Assembly: GCA_964363225.1 (NCBI GenBank)
Contig: CAYIIH010000002.1
Span: forward strand, 28,880 to 92,879
Direction: 5' to 3'
From: an uncultured Verrucomicrobiota bacterium
Lineage (GTDB): Bacteria; Verrucomicrobiota; Verrucomicrobiia; Limisphaerales; CAYIIH01
Length of the DNA: 64,000 bases
Shown here in pieces: positions 43,541 to 50,826 of this stretch (position 1 is the first letter of the stretch; the number at the start of each line of letters is the position of its first letter). The translations under genes and the position numbers were made by a program. Under the pieces are notes generated by a model that saw only the letters and a list, made by a program, of their open reading frames with translations, ran no database searches and was not told the origin of the DNA.

Positions 43541-45052
43541 ATGGCAAACTTACATCCTTCGAAGGAGACACACGAGTTCTTAGAGAACACACTGGCAAAA
43601 CGGACGGGTGTTCGGCGCAATGTGTGGGCGAGGATTGCGGCGTCTCGTTCTCTCACCTTGCCGAATCTGCCGCAGGAAATGGAGATTGACTCCGAAGGAC
43701 TTGAACTGAGGCGTGAGACTATCCTTGGCGACCAAGACGCTCTCTTCAAAGCGATCTTCACGCTCCGCTACGAGCGACCGCTATCGGACGATGAGTTCTT
43801 CCCAAAGCTCTTTAAGCTGCATCTGGAACGGGGAACGAAACTGCTGAAGCAGGACTGGGAATTGGCCGGGGGACGCGCGGAGGACTTCTACGCTAAGTTG
43901 GCGGAAAACCTTCCGAAAATGCACCTGCCGGAGAGCAGGTTGATCGAACATCGGGGTGTCCAGAAGCTACTCCGCTTGGAAGTAGGCAATGTTTTTGAGA
44001 CAAATGAGCCGTTGGTCTGGATGCTGAACAGTGCGAACAATGCCCATGCTGCCATTGTTGGCACAACCGGAAGCGGCAAAACTCATCTCGTAAAAGACTT
44101 GCTGGTTCAGGTCACTGAACAAACGCAGGGGAAGTTGCCATTTGTGTTTTTTGACTACGCCCGTGGTGACGTGGCGGGTGATGCCGACTTTGTAAAAGCA
44201 AGCAAAGCTCGCGTTGTCAGTTTGCCTGATACGCCTGTCCCACTCAATCCGTTTCCCGGCTGTCGAACGCCAATCGAAATCAACCAACAGGCTCATCACC
44301 TAGCCAAAATTTTCCGCGACGTTGCGCCACACATCGGAATCGTTCAGGAACAACGGCTGGTTGCCGCAGTCCAGCAGTGCTATCACGACAGCCAAGGCAA
44401 GCCACCAGACTTCTACGACCTCCGAACGGTTGTCGAAGCCACCGGCGACATGGATTCGTTAACAGGTGTGCTCGGAAAGCTCACCGACTTGAATCTGTTT
44501 CCGTCGCTGCATGTGGACCAAGCCCTCCAGACGCAAGACCTCTTAGCCAGTTCTTGGATAATTGACCTGCACAAGCTGCAAGATCTCCGCGAACTGGTTC
44601 TGTTCCTCGTCGTGGATACTCTCAAGAACTATTTCAGCCGGCTGCGCGACCAGTCCGTTGACGAGACGAGCGGGGCGAGGGAGTTACGTTGCCTCCTGGT
44701 CATTGACGAAGCACACAACTTTCTGCCAAAAGACAACGCGCAAGTTTTGGAAAAATGCTTGCGCGAGATGCGCGGCAAGGGCCTCGGCACCTGGCTGCTG
44801 TCACAGAACCCGCGTGACCTCGACCAAGACCATTACAACTACGCCACCGAGGTGAACTTCCACATGTGCCTCAAGGTTCTGGACGCTAAGCCGCAGATAC
44901 TCACGAATCTCTACGGCGTTCCTCCCACGGAAGCAAAAAACTGGGCGGTCCGACTCGCCACTTTTGAGCGTGAAGGGATTTGCCGAAATTCGGCTGTGCC
45001 AAAAGGTTTTTCGAAAATTGGTGTCCGGCAGTTTTGGCAGCGGAAGCATTGA
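43541..45052 (+). CDS. fusion of a DndE-like N-terminal domain with a HerA/FtsK-type (DUF87-like) P-loop ATPase
   Basis: AGGAGG at 43531-43536 lies 4 nt before the ATG. The N-terminus SKETHEFLENTLAKRTGVRRNVWARIAASRSL resembles DndE (SKEa..L..Lk.rTGi.pN..aRiA...S). Walker A is IVGTTGSGKTH (44060-44086), Walker B is LLVIDEAHNF (44693-44722), and LGTWLLSQNPRDLD is also present. Confidence 0.7.
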   Translation: MANLHPSKETHEFLENTLAKRTGVRRNVWARIAASRSLTLPNLPQEMEIDSEGLELRRETILGDQDALFKAIFTLRYERPLSDDEFFPKLFKLHLERGTKLLKQDWELAGGRAEDFYAKLAENLPKMHLPESRLIEHRGVQKLLRLEVGNVFETNEPLVWMLNSANNAHAAIVGTTGSGKTHLVKDLLVQVTEQTQGKLPFVFFDYARGDVAGDADFVKASKARVVSLPDTPVPLNPFPGCRTPIEINQQAHHLAKIFRDVAPHIGIVQEQRLVAAVQQCYHDSQGKPPDFYDLRTVVEATGDMDSLTGVLGKLTDLNLFPSLHVDQALQTQDLLASSWIIDLHKLQDLRELVLFLVVDTLKNYFSRLRDQSVDETSGARELRCLLVIDEAHNFLPKDNAQVLEKCLREMRGKGLGTWLLSQNPRDLDQDHYNYATEVNFHMCLKVLDAKPQILTNLYGVPPTEAKNWAVRLATFEREGICRNSAVPKGFSKIGVRQFWQRKH

Positions 45053-45263
45053 ACTGAGTCGTCGCCGTTGCTGGCCGGTGGGCCGCAATTTGATTTATTT
45101 CGCCGAGGTGGCCGAGCCTTGCCATACGTTATGCCCGAACTTGGAAACAGCTTTGCCCGACGCCGCGCGACAGTTTGAGGGCCTCCAACCCTGCCGTCAT
45201 CGGCGCTCGTTCGTGCCTCGTTCGTGTCTTGCCACTTGTGACAAGACAGGCCATACTTCGAGC

Positions 45264-45638
45264 ATGAATACAGTTGCGGAAGAGCTGGCCACGCCGCTGG
45301 CCCCACCCAACCTGGAGCGCATCGTGCTGGCCCAGGTGGACCAGTGGTTGGGGCAATGTCACGCCTTCCGCCAGTGGTATCGTCAGAGTTTCCTTTTAAG
45401 GCGGCCCTCAAGGGAACAGGAGAAACTGGCGGACGAAATCCAGCCGTGGATGATCCGCATCACCCGTGCGCTGCTCTCGCAGATGTTGGATCCGGAGTTC
45501 CCGCATCGACACCTCGCCCGCTCGGTCGAAGCGACTCTCTGGCAATTGGAGGAGGATTGGGCAGGCCGGCACAATCCGATGACCGAAGCAGAAGCCGATA
45601 GCATCCTACACGCGAGTTTCCCGGAGCATGCATCCTGA
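45264..45638 (+). CDS. hypothetical protein (124 aa)
   Basis: ATG 45264 within ORF 44964..45638 (MNTVAEELATPLAPPNLERIVLAQVDQWLGQCHAF...). GC is back to the flank level. No family recognised. Confidence 0.4.
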   Translation: MNTVAEELATPLAPPNLERIVLAQVDQWLGQCHAFRQWYRQSFLLRRPSREQEKLADEIQPWMIRITRALLSQMLDPEFPHRHLARSVEATLWQLEEDWAGRHNPMTEAEADSILHASFPEHAS

Positions 45639-45852
45639 CCTGGAAGCGTTGATCCAGGCCTACGATGCGGCTTTGGAAGCCAGCCCAAAAGAGGCAGCGC
45701 GTCGCCGCGACGAATTCGAGCAGCGGCTTCAAGAAGTGCTGTCGCGTGCTCGCGGTGTCAGCGAGGAGTCCCTTCACAACGTCATCCGTCTGGCCCACCG
45801 CCGCTGGCTTGCCAAGCAAAGGAAGCCGCCTACGATGCCGCCAAAGACGTGA
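45628..45852 (+). CDS. hypothetical protein (74 aa)
   Basis: Overlaps the previous ORF by 11 nt. It is helical and Arg/Glu-rich (MHPDLEALIQAYDAALEASPKEAARRRDEFEQRL...). Confidence 0.35.
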   Translation: MHPDLEALIQAYDAALEASPKEAARRRDEFEQRLQEVLSRARGVSEESLHNVIRLAHRRWLAKQRKPPTMPPKT

Positions 45853-45989
45853 ACGACGAAGTGAGCCTGACGCTGCTTGAGCGCAGCACCCAGTCAATCC
45901 GCCTGACCGGCGCTGACTGCGTGTTGTTCACCCGAGCGGGCTTTCGCTGTTGAGATCCACACATGGCGAACACTTTGCGCGAAAAGCTT

Positions 45990-46017
45990 TTGACACCGCC
46001 ATTCAATCGACTAGCCT
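45990..46017 (+). promoter_or_regulatory. putative sigma70-type promoter (TTGACA-N16-TAGCCT), possibly giving a near-leaderless mRNA
   Basis: ttgaca at 45990-45995, 16-nt spacer, tagcct at 46012-46017. The ATG of the next gene is at 46027, only 9 nt after the -10 element. Confidence 0.35.
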
Positions 46018-46026
46018 GCCAGCATT

Positions 46027-46869
46027 ATGAGACTTGGAATCAATACTTTTTTGTTTACTTCACCGTTCACCAACGAGAGCACGAAGCTCTTTCCGCAATT
46101 TAAGAAGTGGGGTTTTGAAACGATCGAAATCCCTATCGAAGACCCCTCCCACATTGACCCGGCACACGTCAAAGCCGAACTGGACAAGAATGGACTGGTT
46201 TGCGGCTCGGTGTGCGCCTGCCTGGGGCCGGACCGCGATTTGCGCGGGACGCCGGAACAGCAAAAGACCGGGCTGGAGTACATGCTCAAGCTGATCGATC
46301 AAATGGTCGTGCTGGATTGTCCATCGCTGATCGGACCGGTTTATTCGGCGGTGGGCCGGGCCGACGCGGTGCCGGAAAAGGAGTATAAACAGCAGTGGAA
46401 AACGGTCGTGAAGAATCTCAAGCAGTTTTGCAAATACGCGGAGAAACACGGCCGCCAGGTCTGCATGGAACCGTTGAACCGCTTCGAAACGGATTTTATC
46501 AACACCTGCGATCAAGGTTTGAAAATGATCGGCGACGTTGGCAGCCCCGCCCTCAAGCTGCACCTGGACACCTTCCACATGAACATCGAGGAGAAGAACC
46601 AGGCCAAAGCCATCCGCAAAGCCGGCAAATTGCTCGGCCATTTCCATGCTTGCGGCAGCGATCGCGGCACGCCGGGCAACGATCACATTGATTGGAAGCC
46701 CATTGCCGCAGCGTTGAAAGGCATCGGCTACAAAGGCGACGTCGTCATCGAGTCCTTTACGACCGACGTGAAAGTCATCGCCCGCGCCGCAGCCATTTGG
46801 CGGCAGATGGAGCCGACCCGGGACGAAATCGCCGTCAAAGGCCTGCGATTCCTGAAGCGGGTGCTTTAA
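46027..46869 (+). CDS. sugar phosphate isomerase/epimerase (xylose-isomerase-like TIM barrel)
   Basis: MRLGINTFLFT..., EPLNRFE, LDTFHMNIEE and IESF motifs typical of the AP_endonuc_2/xylose-isomerase-like fold. Confidence 0.8.
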   Translation: MRLGINTFLFTSPFTNESTKLFPQFKKWGFETIEIPIEDPSHIDPAHVKAELDKNGLVCGSVCACLGPDRDLRGTPEQQKTGLEYMLKLIDQMVVLDCPSLIGPVYSAVGRADAVPEKEYKQQWKTVVKNLKQFCKYAEKHGRQVCMEPLNRFETDFINTCDQGLKMIGDVGSPALKLHLDTFHMNIEEKNQAKAIRKAGKLLGHFHACGSDRGTPGNDHIDWKPIAAALKGIGYKGDVVIESFTTDVKVIARAAAIWRQMEPTRDEIAVKGLRFLKRVL

Positions 46870-46895
46870 TCAAGGCCATCAACAAGAGAACAACT

Positions 46896-47624
46896 ATGAA
46901 AACACATTTGAGTTCCTTGAATTTGCTCCTGCTCACGGCCTGCTTGGCCAGCTTCGCGCCCACGGCCTCGGCGGCGGAGGCTGAAGAAGGCTTTAAATCG
47001 CTCTTCAATGGCAAAGACTTGACCGGCTGGGATGGGAATCCAAAACTGTGGTCCGTCCAAGATGGTTGCATTACCGGCCAGACCACCGCTGACAATCCCA
47101 CCAAAGGGAACACGTTCCTGATTTACACCGGCGGTCCGGTGGACGATTTCGAGTTGCGCCTGTCCTACAAGATCGTCGGCGGCAATTCCGGGATTCAATA
47201 TCGCAGCAAAGTCGTCAACCAGAAGAATTGGGTGGTGGGCGGATATCAAGGCGACTTCGCAGCGGAGAAGACCTATTCGGGAATTCTTTACGACGAAGCG
47301 GGCGTGGCCGGCGGGCGCGGCATTATGGCGGGCCGCGGCGAGAAAGTGGTTTGGACCGCCGAAGGCAAGAAGCAAGTAACCGGCAGCACGGGCAAGACCT
47401 CCGAAGAACTGCAGGCCGGCATCAAGCACGAAGATTGGAATGAGTACGTGATCCTCGCCAAAGGCAACCACTTCATTCACAAAATCAATGGCAATGTCAC
47501 CGTGGACGTGACGGACGAGGATGCGCAAAAGCAACTCAAGTCCGGAGTTCTCGCCCTGCAACTTCACGCCGGGCCTCCCATGATGGTCCAGTTCAAGGAC
47601 ATTCGCATTAAGCCGCTGAAATAG
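46896..47624 (+). CDS. DUF1080 (3-keto-disaccharide hydrolase-like) secreted protein
   Basis: Start moved to ATG 46896 (signal MKTHLSSLNLLLLTACLASFAPTASA). FKSLFNGKDLTGWDG, NSGIQYRS, LALQLHAGPPMMVQFKDIRIKPL. Confidence 0.85.
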   Translation: MKTHLSSLNLLLLTACLASFAPTASAAEAEEGFKSLFNGKDLTGWDGNPKLWSVQDGCITGQTTADNPTKGNTFLIYTGGPVDDFELRLSYKIVGGNSGIQYRSKVVNQKNWVVGGYQGDFAAEKTYSGILYDEAGVAGGRGIMAGRGEKVVWTAEGKKQVTGSTGKTSEELQAGIKHEDWNEYVILAKGNHFIHKINGNVTVDVTDEDAQKQLKSGVLALQLHAGPPMMVQFKDIRIKPLK

Positions 47625-47690
47625 GCCTCGGAGCCAGGGAGGCTTTATTGCCATTGTTTTGGGCGTGTCGTTGCATTACGTTTCTGGGAA

Positions 47691-48098
47691 ATGAGAGTCT
47701 TCATAAGCTATGCGATGCCGGATGCTGAACTGGCGCGGAAGGTTGCCGATGGACTACGGCGTGAAGGGTTGAGCGTTTGGCTGGCCGACCAGGAGATATT
47801 ACCGGGAGACAACTGGGCGGAGAAAGTTTCGCAAGCGTTGAACGAATCGCAGGCGATGGTGGTGTTGATCACGTCCGAGACGTTCCGGTCCCGTGCCGTG
47901 ATGCGCGAGATCGAATTTGCCTTGGGCAACAAAGAATACCGTCAGCGCCTGATTCCTGTGGTCATCGAATCGGAACGGATACCGGATGAGACCATTCCGT
48001 GGATTCTGCGGCGATACCAGATGGTTCGTGTGCCGGAAGGAGGGCGGATCGCGGATTGTGTCAGCGAGATTAAGCGGGCCTTGCTTGTGACAGCCTGA
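47691..48098 (+). CDS. stand-alone TIR-domain protein (135 aa)
   Basis: RVFISYAMPDAELARKVADGLRREGLSVWLADQEILPGDNWAEKVSQALNESQAMVVLITSETFRSRAVMREIEFAL fits the bacterial TIR pattern (FISY..D, G..VW.D, G..W, vvvlS...S.w...E). No other domain is present. Confidence 0.7.
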   Translation: MRVFISYAMPDAELARKVADGLRREGLSVWLADQEILPGDNWAEKVSQALNESQAMVVLITSETFRSRAVMREIEFALGNKEYRQRLIPVVIESERIPDETIPWILRRYQMVRVPEGGRIADCVSEIKRALLVTA

Positions 48099-48245
48099 GC
48101 GACCAAAGCATGGCCGCGATTCCCACAGAAGTCTCTCGTCATGGACGCTGCCTGCGTTCCAGATGATTGGCTTCGACGAAGGTTTTGACGTTGGTTGCCG
48201 AAATCTGTTACGAATCTGGGGAATTGGCTATCAGAAACCGATGAC

Positions 48246-49124
48246 ATGAAAACAATACTTCTCGCTCTTGCATTCTTTGCGGTCGCGGCCCACAGCGCTG
48301 CCGCCGACAAGAAACTTGTGTTAATCGCCGGCACTCCCAGCCACGGTCCCGGTGACCACGAACATCGTGCCGGTTGTTTGCTGTTGCAGAAATGCCTGAA
48401 CAACGTGCCCGGCCTGCAAGTCGTTGTCGTCACCAATGGCTGGCCCAAAGACCTGCAAATCTTCGATGGCGCGGATGCGGTCGCCATTTATTGCGATGGT
48501 GGCGGCGGACATCCCTTCATCCAGGGCGACCGCCTGAAAGTCATCGGTGACCTGGCGAAGAAAGGCGTCGGCGTCGGCTGCCTGCACTACGGGGTCGAAG
48601 TGCCCAAGGAGAAGGGCGGACCGGAGTTTCTGCAATGGATTGGGGGCTACTTCGAGACTTTTTGGTCGGTCAACCCGCACTGGGACGCCGATTTCAAGGA
48701 ATTGCCCACGCATCCGATCACTCACGGAGTCAAGCCGTTCAAGATCCGGGATGAATGGTACTACCACATGCGCTTCCCGGAGAACATGAAGAACGTCACG
48801 GCCATTTTGACCGCCGTCCCGCCCGACAGCACCCGAGGCCGGCCCGGAGCCAATGATCCTCACGGCGGCAATCCCGAAGTGCAAAAGCATCAAGGCAAAC
48901 CGGAGCACGTCATGTGGGCCGTCGAACGCCCGGACGGCGGACGCGGCTTCGGCTTCACCGGCGGCCATTTCCACAAGAACTGGGGCAACGATGACTTCCG
49001 CAAGACGGCACTCAACGCGTTGCTCTGGATCGCCAAGGTCGAAGTGCCCAAAGACGGCGTGGCCTCGACGGTGACCGCCGAAGAATTGGCGGCGAACCTC
49101 GATCCAAAGCCGGCCAGAAGATAG
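48246..49124 (+). CDS. ThuA-like (trehalose-utilisation domain) secreted protein, paralog 1
   Basis: Start moved to ATG 48246 (signal MKTILLALAFFAVAAHSAAA). DKKLVLIAGTPSHGPGDHEH, GGRGFGFTGGHFHKNWGNDDFRKTALNALLW. Confidence 0.75.
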   Translation: MKTILLALAFFAVAAHSAAADKKLVLIAGTPSHGPGDHEHRAGCLLLQKCLNNVPGLQVVVVTNGWPKDLQIFDGADAVAIYCDGGGGHPFIQGDRLKVIGDLAKKGVGVGCLHYGVEVPKEKGGPEFLQWIGGYFETFWSVNPHWDADFKELPTHPITHGVKPFKIRDEWYYHMRFPENMKNVTAILTAVPPDSTRGRPGANDPHGGNPEVQKHQGKPEHVMWAVERPDGGRGFGFTGGHFHKNWGNDDFRKTALNALLWIAKVEVPKDGVASTVTAEELAANLDPKPARR

Positions 49125-49748
49125 GTGATGAGGATCTCAGCGGCACTGCGAACAGCGTATAGGCCGGTCATGGCGTTGGTGCTCTCGCTTGCGGTTTGGC
49201 AGGGCTGGGCGGCGCAGCCGAAGCCTTTGGGCAAGCTGACCAATTGCCGGTATGTCACGGCGGATTACAATGATGGCGACAGTTTTCACGTGCGTTCCGA
49301 CCGCAGCGATTTCGTTCTTCGGCTTTACTTTGTGGACGCGCCTGAGACTACTCTGCGTGATGCGGTGCGGACGCAGGAGCAGCGTCAATATTTTGATGTG
49401 ACTTCCGATGAGACGATAGACGCCGGGTTGAAAGCGAAAGAGGCGGTGCATGACATGTTGCAGCAGCCCTTCGTGGTCTGGACGCGCCGGGCGACCGCCC
49501 CAGGCCGGAGCCAGTTGCCCCGCTATTACGGGTTGGTGGAGGTCAAAGGCACGAACCTGACCGAATGGTTGGTCAGCAAAGGCTTGGCGCGAGTCAAAGG
49601 CGTTCGCACCCAATTACCCGACGGCCAAAAGTCGAAAACGTACCTGGAAAAACTCCGCAAGCTGGAAAAGGAAGCCAAAGAAAAGCGAGCCGGGATTTGG
49701 GCGTTCTCGAAAACAAGCAACTCAGACAAAATCCCGCCAAAGAAATAA
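49125..49748 (+). CDS. staphylococcal-nuclease (thermonuclease, SNase) family protein
   Basis: Signal-like N-terminus. DGDSFHV...LRLYFVDAPET, YGLVEV...NLTEWLVSKGLARV, and EAKEKRAGIWA resemble the SNase fold motifs. Confidence 0.7.
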   Translation: MMRISAALRTAYRPVMALVLSLAVWQGWAAQPKPLGKLTNCRYVTADYNDGDSFHVRSDRSDFVLRLYFVDAPETTLRDAVRTQEQRQYFDVTSDETIDAGLKAKEAVHDMLQQPFVVWTRRATAPGRSQLPRYYGLVEVKGTNLTEWLVSKGLARVKGVRTQLPDGQKSKTYLEKLRKLEKEAKEKRAGIWAFSKTSNSDKIPPKK

Positions 49749-49751
49749 TGT

Positions 49752-50813
49752 ATGAACCTCATTCGCACTCTCTCTGTTCTCATCCTCGGCTCGGCTAGGA
49801 GCGCAGGTGTCCAACCTGCGCGCGTCATTCACACTCTCCGTATGCTCATCCTCTGCGCGGTCACCCTGACTGCGGCGGCGGCCGACAAGAAACTGGTCCT
49901 GATCGCTGGCAAACCGAGTCACGGCCCCGGCGACCATGAATTCCGCGCCGGCTGCCTGCTGCTCAAGAAGTGTCTCGATCAAGTCCCCGGCCTTACTTCA
50001 GCGGTTTATTCCAATGGCTGGCCGCACGAAGCCAATGCCTTCGTCGATGCCGACGCCATCCTCATTTTCTCCGACGGCGGCGGTGGCCACCCGGCGATTC
50101 AAGGCGATCATGCGAAAATCCTGGGCGAGCTGACGAAAAAAGGCATTAGCCTTGGTCTGGCTCATTACGCGGTGGAAGTGCCCAAGGAGAAGGGTGGCGC
50201 GGAGTTCCTTGATTGGATTGGCGGCTATTACGAACACCTCTTCTCCTGCAACCCAATGTGGTCGCCGGATTTCCAGAAATTCCCCGATCACCCCATCACG
50301 CGCGGCGTGCAGCCCTTCAGCATCCGCGATGAATGGTACATGAACATGCGTTTTCGTCCGGAGATGAAAGGCATCACGCCCATTCTCCTGGCCAAACCTT
50401 CGGATCAAGTTCGCAAAGGCCCTTACGTTTATCCGCAAGGCCCTTACGAACACATCGTGGCGGCCAGTGGCCGCGATGAAGCGATGATGTGGGCCGTGGA
50501 ACGCGCCGACGGCGGGCGCGGTTTCGGCTTCACGGGCGGGCATTTTCACAAGAACTGGGGCAATGAGAATTTCCGCAAGGTGATGTTGAACGCCTTGCTC
50601 TGGCTGGCCAAAGTCGAGGTGCCGGCTCAAGGCGTCCCCTCCAGCGTGACCACCGAAGACTTGCAGCAGAATCTTGATCCCAAAGGACAAAAGCCGCGCG
50701 CTTCTGCAGCCGGGCCGCAACCCCGCCTGGAAGCAGCCCGTGCCCAACTCAAAGCCACGACATCAATTCCGCCCTCACCTTTGCCCAGCTCTCGCCCCGG
50801 CGGGAGAGGATGA
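49752..50813 (+). CDS. ThuA-like secreted protein, paralog 2
   Basis: DKKLVLIAGKPSHGPGDHEF, GGRGFGFTGGHFHKNWGNENFRKVMLNALLW. It is collinear with paralog 1 and has a Pro/Ser-rich C-terminal tail. The start may be 49752 or ATG 49842. Confidence 0.75.
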   Translation: MNLIRTLSVLILGSARSAGVQPARVIHTLRMLILCAVTLTAAAADKKLVLIAGKPSHGPGDHEFRAGCLLLKKCLDQVPGLTSAVYSNGWPHEANAFVDADAILIFSDGGGGHPAIQGDHAKILGELTKKGISLGLAHYAVEVPKEKGGAEFLDWIGGYYEHLFSCNPMWSPDFQKFPDHPITRGVQPFSIRDEWYMNMRFRPEMKGITPILLAKPSDQVRKGPYVYPQGPYEHIVAASGRDEAMMWAVERADGGRGFGFTGGHFHKNWGNENFRKVMLNALLWLAKVEVPAQGVPSSVTTEDLQQNLDPKGQKPRASAAGPQPRLEAARAQLKATTSIPPSPLPSSRPGGRG

Positions 50814-50826
50814 TCTAGCCCGACTA

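Noticed and set aside
45053-45263. Search for a right-hand copy of the 22-bp repeat or any att-like match to the left border of the dnd-like island
   Set aside because: Only a 9-nt match (cgagccttg, also at about 39865) was found by eye, which is within chance expectation. No clean flanking direct repeats can be claimed.
47691-48098. Calling the TIR ORF a Thoeris (ThsB) system
   Set aside because: No ThsA (SIR2/SLOG or TM-macro) or other effector gene is adjacent. The neighbours are sugar-metabolism genes. It is kept only as a stand-alone TIR observation.
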